Below are positions 55,800 through 63,508 of a DNA stretch of 64,000 nt, in pieces. Below the pieces are notes generated by a model, which did no database searches, was not told the origin of the DNA, and saw nothing but the letters and a program-made list of their open reading frames with translations. Origin of the DNA: a virus; the IMG/VR virus record IMGVR_UViG_3300045988_037604; one strand, given 5' to 3'. The stretch's first letter is position 1; each line of letters begins with the position of its first letter. The position numbers and the translations under genes are program-made.

Positions 55800-57269
55800 T
55801 CAAACTCCATACCTAATAAATAATTTATTCTTACATCTACTACAAGCAACATAAAGTCGTTTATTAGTTTCTACAGCATTAGTATAAGCATCGCCATGTC
55901 TATCATATACAATATCATTAACGTCAACCATTACTGTATCATAAGTAGAACCTTGACTTTTATGAGCACTAATACTAAAGCCATAATCTAAATCTCTAGT
56001 AAATGCAATACTTCCGTCTTTATTTCCAATATTAATCAGAAGAAGACAACCATTTTTAAATTTATAATATTCTTTCCATTTAGAAGCTCTAGTACTAGAA
56101 TTAGCACTTTTAGCACTATTAATTAGATTGTTACTAATTTTGCAATAATATTGTAAACTAAAATTATCAGTATGGTCAAGAATAAATAATGGACTAGTAA
56201 TATGTCCACCATGTATAGCTTGAAATTTAACCATAAATCCTTTTATTTTATAAACAGGATGTACATAATTCACAATATCATAAACAATATAATCTTCACT
56301 ATTTCTAATAATAGCATCATTAAAATCATCTACTAATGTAACATAAGAAGTAAACAAATCATTCTTAGTTATAGGAGATTTATCTGCATCTTTAATAATG
56401 CTATTTCTTACAAACTTATTCCAATTACCAACAGCTCTATTAGTATAAGCTACTATTCTAACAAAATCTGTATTAGTAGTTATTTGTTCATCATTAAATT
56501 GTTTATCTACTTCTTCTTCAAAATCTTTACAACCTAAAACTTTATATCCTTTAGTATAATTACTATCAAAAGCTTCTCTATGATTAGTAATATAATTAAG
56601 AAAATTATAAGTTTTATGTTCTATATCATCTCGAAGCATACTAAGAAGAGGACGAATAGGATTGTCTTCATCTTGACGAACAATTTGATTAAGTCTATAA
56701 GATTTAACTCCATTGAAAGCTTCAGAACGAAATTCATTTATAGGGCTAAGTTGTTTATCATCTCCACAATAAATTACTTTACAATGATTTTCTTTTAATA
56801 CTCTTTCTATAAATCGAAGAAGACCTTTATTTATCATAGAAGCTTCATCTATTATATAAAGATTATAATTTTCAACTTTAACACTACCTTTTGGGTCAAA
56901 TGGAGGATTATTAATATCAAACTTTTCTATATCAAAATTAAGTCTTAAACCGAAATCTGATTGAACAGTATTGACATTATTAGTAACTCCAATTAGATTT
57001 TCACGAAGAACTCTGCAAGCTTTATGACTAGGAGCAGATAAACCTATAGTGGAATAAGCATACTTACAATTCTTAATTATAGCTTTAAGAATATAAGTTT
57101 TCCCAGTACCAGCTGGACCAATTAAAGCTCTTTTAAAATCATTTTCATTATAATCTGCATTTATAAATTCTATAAGTCCTGTATAAGCTTTCTTTTGGTC
57201 ATCAGTTAAATTACCAATACTAGCTGGATTTTTACCATTAGCAAGACTTAAAGTACTATCTATATTCAT
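55800..57269 (-). CDS. SF1 DNA helicase (Dda/RecD-like)
   Basis: Walker A LIGPAGTGKTY, Walker B YIIDEASMI, QIVRQDEDNPI, SISAHKSQGSTYDTVMV and LYVACSRCKNKLFI (AAA_30 plus UvrD_C_2 pattern). Confidence 0.85.
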   Translation of the reverse strand: MNIDSTLSLANGKNPASIGNLTDDQKKAYTGLIEFINADYNENDFKRALIGPAGTGKTYILKAIIKNCKYAYSTIGLSAPSHKACRVLRENLIGVTNNVNTVQSDFGLRLNFDIEKFDINNPPFDPKGSVKVENYNLYIIDEASMINKGLLRFIERVLKENHCKVIYCGDDKQLSPINEFRSEAFNGVKSYRLNQIVRQDEDNPIRPLLSMLRDDIEHKTYNFLNYITNHREAFDSNYTKGYKVLGCKDFEEEVDKQFNDEQITTNTDFVRIVAYTNRAVGNWNKFVRNSIIKDADKSPITKNDLFTSYVTLVDDFNDAIIRNSEDYIVYDIVNYVHPVYKIKGFMVKFQAIHGGHITSPLFILDHTDNFSLQYYCKISNNLINSAKSANSSTRASKWKEYYKFKNGCLLLINIGNKDGSIAFTRDLDYGFSISAHKSQGSTYDTVMVDVNDIVYDRHGDAYTNAVETNKRLYVACSRCKNKLFIRYGV

Positions 57270-57805
57270 TTTTTTCCATATTTATTAGCTTTAAACCACT
57301 CAAATTCATCATCATCTAGAAGTCCTTTATATCTATAATCATATCCATTTATAGTAACAAGATTTCTAAATTTAAATTGAAGAACATTATTGATTTTAAC
57401 AATCCATCCTCTAACTATCCAATTAGGAGCAAAAGGAACATATTTATCAGGATTATAATTACCAAATACTATTTGACTTTCAGTCCTAACAAGACTTAAA
57501 TATCCATATTTAGTTTTATCCCTAGTAAATATAGTTCTAAATTGTTTAATATCATAAGATTCTTCAGTAAAAGGTATATTAAGAGATTTAGCAATATCAG
57601 TAATTTCAATTATATCTGTATTTCCAAACAGACGTTCATTAAAATCATAATATTGAACAAAACAATAATATTTTCCATCTATAAGAACAACTTTACCATT
57701 AACTAACTTAGTAAGTTTCTTAGGAGGAATTTCTTTAGGCTCAACTCTTTTAGTAGGTTTAACTATTTTAAGTTTGAGTTTTACATTACTAAGATTTACT
57801 CTCAT
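57266..57805 (-). CDS. hypothetical protein (179 aa)
   Basis: ORF-track ORF with 4-nt overlaps on both sides. Confidence 0.65.
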   Translation of the reverse strand: MRVNLSNVKLKLKIVKPTKRVEPKEIPPKKLTKLVNGKVVLIDGKYYCFVQYYDFNERLFGNTDIIEITDIAKSLNIPFTEESYDIKQFRTIFTRDKTKYGYLSLVRTESQIVFGNYNPDKYVPFAPNWIVRGWIVKINNVLQFKFRNLVTINGYDYRYKGLLDDDEFEWFKANKYGKK

Positions 57806-58071
57806 TTCTTCTTATTAGTTAGTTTGTGTTCTTTACGAATCTTTTTAGCTTCTCTTGCAGAAGTTTTAGATTCATCAAACTTTAAATTAGAAGGTTTAGC
57901 TCCACATTCATAATGAACATGATAACCACAATAATGTACAAGAAAATCAATCTTACCCCAAGTATGAATACCTACAGCAGATTTATCACCAATAATAATG
58001 TGATTACCATTAATACGAGCAATACGTGAAACACTCATCAAATCCTTTCTTTCGTCATGCTTTTTAGCCAT
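57802..58071 (-). CDS. hypothetical basic protein (89 aa)
   Basis: ORF-track ORF. Confidence 0.6.
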   Translation of the reverse strand: MAKKHDERKDLMSVSRIARINGNHIIIGDKSAVGIHTWGKIDFLVHYCGYHVHYECGAKPSNLKFDESKTSAREAKKIRKEHKLTNKKK

Positions 58072-58122
58072 TTTACAAAAAGTTTAATTGTTAATATATT
58101 AATTACATCATCAATAAGATGA

Positions 58123-58422
58123 TTATATTTTCTTTATCTCTTCTATATTACAATAAATATATGTGTTTTTATTTGTAAAACACATAATTCTTGGAGTTTT
58201 ATCTCTATCTATTACTATTCTATATATTACAGCATTAATATGAGATTTTCCATAAATGTTTTTACGTACATTACAGATAACTTTATCACCCACTTGTAGA
58301 GAAATATGATTATCATTAAAGAATTTATTAGTTAAATTTTTAATTCTATTATCATAATCTTTACGAGCATTATCTAACTCTTTAATAAAGCAAGAAATAG
58401 TTTCTTCTTTAATTTCACACAT
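58123..58422 (-). CDS. hypothetical protein (99 aa)
   Basis: ORF-track ORF. Confidence 0.6.
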   Translation of the reverse strand: MCEIKEETISCFIKELDNARKDYDNRIKNLTNKFFNDNHISLQVGDKVICNVRKNIYGKSHINAVIYRIVIDRDKTPRIMCFTNKNTYIYCNIEEIKKI

Positions 58423-58519
58423 AACTATTTTAATTTATTTATTAATATTAGTAGTTTGACTCGGTTTCGCACCATAAGCTGTAGTATAAGCTGCACTTAG
58501 TCAAACTTAAAGTGAATTA

Positions 58520-58855
58520 TTAAGCTCCCCCATAGAGGAACTTAATAATGTCAGCATTTTCTTCTTCTATTTTCTTACAAGCATTAAGAATAACATCAAT
58601 ACTTTTATGTCTAACTTTAATTATATCTCTAATTACAGTAGTCATATCATGTTGACTTAATCTCATAAGATGATAAATTGTTTTAAAACCTTTACGAGTA
58701 TTAAGAGAAAAGTTATAAGGAATAATATAACCTCTACGATGTGGAGGATTCTTATTAGTTTTAAGAACATAACCACTACATTCTACAACTTCTCCAAAAA
58801 CAGGTCCACCACAATGTTTTAAATCATAATTATAAGCACAAGTAGTACATAACAT
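58520..58855 (-). CDS. hypothetical protein (111 aa)
   Basis: ORF-track ORF. The C-terminal FLYGGA is encoded by the degenerate motif copy S14. Confidence 0.6.
   Translation of the reverse strand: MLCTTCAYNYDLKHCGGPVFGEVVECSGYVLKTNKNPPHRRGYIIPYNFSLNTRKGFKTIYHLMRLSQHDMTTVIRDIIKVRHKSIDVILNACKKIEEENADIIKFLYGGA
58523..58536 (-). repeat. degenerate motif copy S14 (reverse)
   Basis: The plus strand reads AGCTCCCCCATAGAgga; its reverse complement is tccTCTATGGGGGAGCT. It encodes the C-terminal LYGGA of gene 58520..58855. There are two mismatches in the core. Confidence 0.35.
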
Positions 58856-58860
58856 AATAT

Positions 58861-59031
58861 TTATTCTTTATCATTTACGACATCTATTCTATGAATATGT
58901 ATGTCTTTATTTAATGTAATCTTAAATAAACTATTACCTATTACAGATTTAATAATAGTTTCTACAGTTTTATCATCATAAAAACTTTTATTATCATAAG
59001 TAATAGTTACCTTAACATTTATTTCTTTCAT
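58861..59031 (-). CDS. possible small protein (56 aa)
   Basis: Hand-translated as MKEINVKVTITYDNKSFYDDKTVETIIKSVIGNSLFKITLNKDIHIHRIDVVNDKE. Its ATG overlaps the upstream TGA (ATGA). Confidence 0.4.
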   Translation of the reverse strand: MKEINVKVTITYDNKSFYDDKTVETIIKSVIGNSLFKITLNKDIHIHRIDVVNDKE

Positions 59032-59195
59032 AATCTACCTTTTCTTTTTCTAAGTTCTCTGCGTCTAACTTCTCTACGATTATCTTTACCATCAGGATAA
59101 TAGTTATTACAAGACCTAAGTCCAGGAGAATTACTATCTATAATAGCACCATGAAAATCGTGATAATTTTTAAATTCATATTCTTTGTCATTCAT
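59028..59195 (-). CDS. possible small basic protein (55 aa)
   Basis: Hand-translated as MNDKEYEFKNYHDFHGAIIDSNSPGLRSCNNYYPDGKDNRREVRRRELRKRKGRL. It starts 2 nt after the upstream stop. Confidence 0.4.
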   Translation of the reverse strand: MNDKEYEFKNYHDFHGAIIDSNSPGLRSCNNYYPDGKDNRREVRRRELRKRKGRL

Positions 59196-59197
59196 AA

Positions 59198-60175
59198 TTA
59201 TTCCCCTACATCTTTAGTTGTACCTAATAAACTTTCGTTACCTTCATAAGGAATACAATACTTCCAAGCAATACTTGTAGTTACATATCTTTTATATTCA
59301 TTTATATAACTAAAAAAAGCTGCTCTCCAAGCTTCACTACGACAATCTCTTACAAGCACTTTTTCAAAAGGCTTGAATTGATATTCAGTTTTAATATCTT
59401 CAACAACTTTCTTTTCAGCATTCCAATGTTTACCTATAGCAACTAAAGCTTTGAAAAGTCTTTTCTTTTCTTCTTCTGTAGCATATCTTACAATTTCGTT
59501 TCTAGAACACCAAGGAATATGTTGATTATATACAAAGTCCCAATCATCAATACCAACATAACAATTCAAATCTTTATTTTCATCATAATTCTTAAATATA
59601 AAAACACCATTAGGTCTATTAGGTATAACTGAATTACTAAGTATATCCCCATCTTTAAACCCTAATTGAGTTTTCTCAATCTTTAAGGTTTTAAAATTAA
59701 GTTTACCACCAAATTTTTCTTCAATAGCATTAATATAAGTTTTAGAAGCATTTTTATCTTCAAGAGAAAACTTTTCAGTAGCACATGTAAGTGATTCATA
59801 ATAAATAGCCTTATCTTTATTCTCTTTATTTAGATGATGTTTACCATAAAACCTAGTATAATTATCATCATACCATCTACTAAAGATAACATGACTTTTA
59901 CCATCATTGCTAACAAGAATATCACCTTGCTTCCAAGCAAACTTATTCCAATCACGCATTTTCTTTGAAGGAACTAAGATAGGTTCTCCATATTTATTAT
60001 ATTTTCCATCATTATAAAAAATATAAAGCATAGATGTGTTATTTTTAGCATAAATAGCATTAACATTATTAACTTTAAGACATTCAAGACTAAGTTCTCC
60101 AAAAGCATCAGCATAAAGCTTAGTACCAGTTGGCTTATCTTTTAGTATAGCTGCTATATTTAATTCTTTTTCCAT
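59198..60175 (-). CDS. hypothetical protein (325 aa)
   Basis: ORF-track ORF. Confidence 0.7.
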   Translation of the reverse strand: MEKELNIAAILKDKPTGTKLYADAFGELSLECLKVNNVNAIYAKNNTSMLYIFYNDGKYNKYGEPILVPSKKMRDWNKFAWKQGDILVSNDGKSHVIFSRWYDDNYTRFYGKHHLNKENKDKAIYYESLTCATEKFSLEDKNASKTYINAIEEKFGGKLNFKTLKIEKTQLGFKDGDILSNSVIPNRPNGVFIFKNYDENKDLNCYVGIDDWDFVYNQHIPWCSRNEIVRYATEEEKKRLFKALVAIGKHWNAEKKVVEDIKTEYQFKPFEKVLVRDCRSEAWRAAFFSYINEYKRYVTTSIAWKYCIPYEGNESLLGTTKDVGE

Positions 60176-60196
60176 AATCTTATTGTTTTTAGTTTA

Positions 60197-60679
60197 TTAA
60201 TTAAAAAATGAACTTAAATATTCTTTTGTCCACTTTATATAAGGATAAGCTCTTTTTAAAATTTCAATTCTATCAGTGTTAAGAAGTTTATCAAGAGAAT
60301 AAGTAATATTATATTCTTCAATTCTTTCTTCTTTTATACATTCAGGAGAACTACAACCATAATGACCTAAATTCCAATTATCATATTGAGCAGGATAAAC
60401 TATTCTTTTATGATATATAAATTTTCCATCTTCAAATGTAGATTCAAGAAGTTTAAGAATACTATCCTTTGTAGGCATTTTTAATCCTATTATTCTTGGG
60501 TCAATATTTAAATTAGTTTCTCTAATAAGCCAATAAATATATTGTATGTCATAAGACATAACTTCTTCAAAAGTTTCTCCTTTATGTTTACCAATAGATA
60601 TTATAGTATTTAAAGCCTTATTTTTAATATTTTCAATTTCATTAATGAGACTAGTATATCTTTTATTTTCATTTATCAT
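60197..60679 (-). CDS. hypothetical protein with a DUF3820 / ExoX-C-terminal-like segment (160 aa)
   Basis: GKHKGETFEEVMSYDIQYIYWL resembles the G-K-[YH]-K-G-x-T...Y-[IL]-x-W-L pattern, judged by eye only. Confidence 0.3.
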   Translation of the reverse strand: MINENKRYTSLINEIENIKNKALNTIISIGKHKGETFEEVMSYDIQYIYWLIRETNLNIDPRIIGLKMPTKDSILKLLESTFEDGKFIYHKRIVYPAQYDNWNLGHYGCSSPECIKEERIEEYNITYSLDKLLNTDRIEILKRAYPYIKWTKEYLSSFFN

Positions 60680-60718
60680 AATAAAATAATTTATATAAGT
60701 ATTTTAAAGTATATTATT

Positions 60719-61432
60719 TTAACATTTATAAATAGTATCAAGAATATCTCTAAAATTAGGATTATCTATAACCTCTTGAGCATCTTCTTTATTTTTAAAG
60801 AATACAATGCCATGATTTATTTCAAATCTATATCCTATATCATAATCATTTTTATTAATATTACTGCTAAACCTAATATAATATTTATTTTCCTCGTAAT
60901 CATTCCAATTAGGTTTCCAACCTTTATTGTAATAATTAGCAATATCTATTAATTTAGCAATAGCTGTTAATTTATTACCAAGCTTACTTTCTGTAAGTAT
61001 TACTAAATTTATCGCATATTCTGTATTATCATCTTTATAAATATCTTCAAGAGTAATATTATATTTCTTAAATTTAATAATACCTTTAGATAAATCACTA
61101 TGTTCTACATCTATAGAATATCCTTTAGGACAATCAATATGTAAATCATTTAAAGAATTATCTGTATTAAAAGTTGGATTTATAATATTAATATTATCAG
61201 AATCTTTATTCATAGTCTTATCATTTATTTGTTCATAATATATTTGAATATGGTCTTGTCTATTACGAGGAACACAATATCCTCTAATACTTTTAAGATT
61301 ATCACAATAAAGTTTACCAAAAGCACAAAGAGAACAAGGATTAAATTTTGAATCAGTTATACAAACTTTATATTTATTACCATTATAAGTAAATATAGTA
61401 CCTATAGGTAAAGTTCTAAATTCGTTTGCCAT
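60719..61432 (-). CDS. hypothetical protein (237 aa)
   Basis: ORF-track ORF. Confidence 0.7.
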   Translation of the reverse strand: MANEFRTLPIGTIFTYNGNKYKVCITDSKFNPCSLCAFGKLYCDNLKSIRGYCVPRNRQDHIQIYYEQINDKTMNKDSDNINIINPTFNTDNSLNDLHIDCPKGYSIDVEHSDLSKGIIKFKKYNITLEDIYKDDNTEYAINLVILTESKLGNKLTAIAKLIDIANYYNKGWKPNWNDYEENKYYIRFSSNINKNDYDIGYRFEINHGIVFFKNKEDAQEVIDNPNFRDILDTIYKC

Positions 61433-61557
61433 AATATTATCTTATTTATTTAATATTTTAATTTTGAATATAAAGCTCTCAAATTATATCAATGAATAAG
61501 CATTCATAAAAATAATTCAAGAGCCAAGAAACTAATGTAATTTAATGAAAATCAAAA

Positions 61558-61731
61558 TTATGGTTCGACTATATCCATCAAACCTGACTTATATTGGTCA
61601 ACCCAGTAATCAGTTTCTACATAATCAACCATATCTTGATATTCATCATTATCACCATTATAAATATCAGCTAAAACATCATCAGGAAGAATAATTGTAT
61701 CAGGAGTTGAAGGAAGAATATTAGCAGTCAT
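61558..61731 (-). CDS. possible small acidic protein (57 aa)
   Basis: Hand-translated as MTANILPSTPDTIILPDDVLADIYNGDNDEYQDMVDYVETDYWVDQYKSGLMDIVEP. 11-nt overlap with the upstream gene. Confidence 0.4.
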   Translation of the reverse strand: MTANILPSTPDTIILPDDVLADIYNGDNDEYQDMVDYVETDYWVDQYKSGLMDIVEP

Positions 61732-61969
61732 AGTTATATTTAATATTTAAATTGTCAACAATAACATATTTAATACTATTAAAATCTTTATATTGTTTTT
61801 TAATAGTATTAATATCATTTTGAATATATTCATTACTAATACAATAGTATATGTGACTAAAACCATAATTATCAAGCCAAACAATGACACTATCTTCTGG
61901 TTCAATTATTACATCATTATATCCAAATGCACCACAACTTATTGAATATATTTTATTTTGTTTCTTCAT
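61721..61969 (-). CDS. hypothetical protein (82 aa)
   Basis: ORF-track ORF. Confidence 0.6.
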   Translation of the reverse strand: MKKQNKIYSISCGAFGYNDVIIEPEDSVIVWLDNYGFSHIYYCISNEYIQNDINTIKKQYKDFNSIKYVIVDNLNIKYNYDC

Positions 61970-62138
61970 AATATCCTTTATTAATTAAGTGAACACTTGT
62001 ACAATCAATAGTTACACCATCAGTAAAACCATTAATTATACATAAATTTCTAATAGCACAGTCTTTACAACTTATACCACCATCAACAACATCATATAGA
62101 ACATCATTGATTATTATCTTGTCTATTTTTATCTTCAT
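61953..62138 (-). CDS. hypothetical Cys-containing protein (61 aa)
   Basis: ORF-track ORF with a 17-nt overlap downstream. Confidence 0.55.
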   Translation of the reverse strand: MKIKIDKIIINDVLYDVVDGGISCKDCAIRNLCIINGFTDGVTIDCTSVHLINKGYYEETK

Positions 62139-62223
62139 ACGTAATAAAATAAAAAACCTCTACTACTTTCACAAGCAATAGAGGCAAAAATTGTTGATAT
62201 TTTAATTGTTTAATTTAAACCAT

Positions 62224-62652
62224 TTAGAATATCAATTCTATAGTAAAAACAATAACAGCTCCTAATAGAAGTCCATAACCAAAACATTTAGAATTAGATT
62301 TAACTAATCTATTAATTTTATCTTGAAGCGAGAATATATCATTATCATAATGCTGAATAGTATTCAAACTATCTTTAAGTTTACTATTTGTTTCTTTATA
62401 AACTTTATTAAGTTTATCAAAAGAATTATTTACACTCACATTAATATCTTCAAGTTTCTGATAATCTTCTTCAAGACCTTTAGCTTTCTTTTCAAGACCA
62501 TCAATGGTTATTTTCAAATATTTAATAAGTTTATTATTCTTACGTTCAATATCATCTTTACGAAGAATAATATTTACTAATTCATCAATACTCTTTTTGC
62601 TAAGTTTAGTTTTACGAGTTTTCTCAGCTACACTCAATTCTTTTTCTTTCAT
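62224..62652 (-). CDS. coiled-coil protein with a C-terminal transmembrane anchor (142 aa)
   Basis: K/E-rich heptad-like body, then FGYGLLLGAVIVFTIELIF at the C-terminus. It is preceded by TAAGGAGAACTTATTATG. Confidence 0.7.
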   Translation of the reverse strand: MKEKELSVAEKTRKTKLSKKSIDELVNIILRKDDIERKNNKLIKYLKITIDGLEKKAKGLEEDYQKLEDINVSVNNSFDKLNKVYKETNSKLKDSLNTIQHYDNDIFSLQDKINRLVKSNSKCFGYGLLLGAVIVFTIELIF

Positions 62653-62678
62653 AATAAGTTCTCCTTAATTATTAATTG

Positions 62679-62819
62679 TTATTCAAATTCTATATCACAA
62701 TCATCGTTGTTATCTTCAACCATGATTTCACCAAATAAATCATAATCATCAATATCATGATTTACACAATAAGCATCTATATCAACAGAAGCTTCATCAA
62801 TATAATCATTATCTATCAT
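62679..62819 (-). CDS. possible very acidic small protein (46 aa)
   Basis: Hand-translated as MIDNDYIDEASVDIDAYCVNHDIDDYDLFGEIMVEDNNDDCDIEFE (19 of 46 residues are D or E). Confidence 0.35.
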   Translation of the reverse strand: MIDNDYIDEASVDIDAYCVNHDIDDYDLFGEIMVEDNNDDCDIEFE

Positions 62820-62835
62820 AACAATATAAAAATTA

Positions 62836-62921
62836 AATAGGTGGTGTGCATTTAAATTTGCGACGGAATTGTATTAACTCTTAAACACTAAAGCGAATAC
62901 TTAGTTTGACTTCCACCTATT
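62836..62921. other. 9-bp inverted repeat enclosing 68 nt (possible structured RNA or operator)
   Basis: aataggtgg 62836-62844 pairs with ccacctatt 62913-62921. Inside is an ATTTAAAT palindrome within tgcATTTAAATttgcg, and a 5-bp inner stem gtatt 62871-62875 / aatac 62896-62900. It has no tRNA cloverleaf. Confidence 0.3.
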
Positions 62922-62961
62922 ATATTAATTAATCTATTGCAAAGATAAACAATAATATCTT

Positions 62962-62975
62962 TCTACGGGCGGGTT
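62962..62975 (+). repeat. motif copy S15, interrupted-G variant (forward)
   Basis: atatctTTCTACGGGCGGGTTATa, intergenic, 33 nt from the stop of gene 63011..63445. Confidence 0.7.
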
Positions 62976-63010
62976 ATACCAATAATTTAATGATTAGTAA
63001 CATCTTGATA

Positions 63011-63445
63011 CTAATTAAGTACAATACGTTTACTATTTTTACCATTGATTATAACCAAAGCACAATTAGCACCAAATTGTTTAGCCAATTTATACTTCTC
63101 AACTACAGTCTTACTTGTATTTACAAGTTCTCCTTTATAAATAAAGTAATATTTAATAGTTTTATTGCCTTTACTATTAGTTGTAGGATACTCAATAACT
63201 TTAGTTATTTTAGTATTATCAACTCTGAGAGTATCAGAAATATTAGCTGCATTTACATTTAAAACAAAACATAAACACATAACGAAAGTAATAGCAGCAC
63301 ATCTAATTGCTTTACCTTTATAACCATACTCTTTAAACTTATCTTTAGCATATTTCTTAGCTTTAGACAAAGTTTTACAACTGATAAGCATAACGCCTGT
63401 CATACCATCTTCAGCTCGATTACTACGAAAATAAAATTTACACAT
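63011..63445 (-). CDS. membrane or secreted protein (144 aa)
   Basis: Internal hydrophobic segment AAITFVMCLCFVLNVNA. It is preceded by the same TAAGGAGAACTTATTATG as gene 62224..62652. Confidence 0.65.
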   Translation of the reverse strand: MCKFYFRSNRAEDGMTGVMLISCKTLSKAKKYAKDKFKEYGYKGKAIRCAAITFVMCLCFVLNVNAANISDTLRVDNTKITKVIEYPTTNSKGNKTIKYYFIYKGELVNTSKTVVEKYKLAKQFGANCALVIINGKNSKRIVLN

Positions 63446-63465
63446 AATAAGTTCTCCTTATTTAA

Positions 63466-63497
63466 TAGTAGTGATAGCATTATAACTATCACTACTA
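63466..63497 (-). terminator. 12-bp perfect hairpin between genes (weak terminator or RNA stabiliser)
   Basis: tagtagtgatag 63466-63477 / ctatcactacta 63486-63497 with an 8-nt loop. On the minus strand it is followed by TTAAATAAGGAG, so there is no real T-run. Confidence 0.4.
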
Positions 63498-63508
63498 ATT
63501 GTATTATA

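Noticed and set aside
59067-59084. Half-sites resembling the motif without the G-run: aacttctctacgattatc at 59067-59084 and atttctctacaaa at 33468-33480.
   Set aside because: Only the pyrimidine tract and TAC part is present. Such strings are expected by chance in AT/pyrimidine-rich sequence, so they are not counted as copies. They could be decayed sites.
62836-62921. An inverted-repeat-bounded 86-nt element considered as a long-variable-arm tRNA.
   Set aside because: On either strand there is no GG D-loop, no TTCRA T-loop and no pairing anticodon stem.
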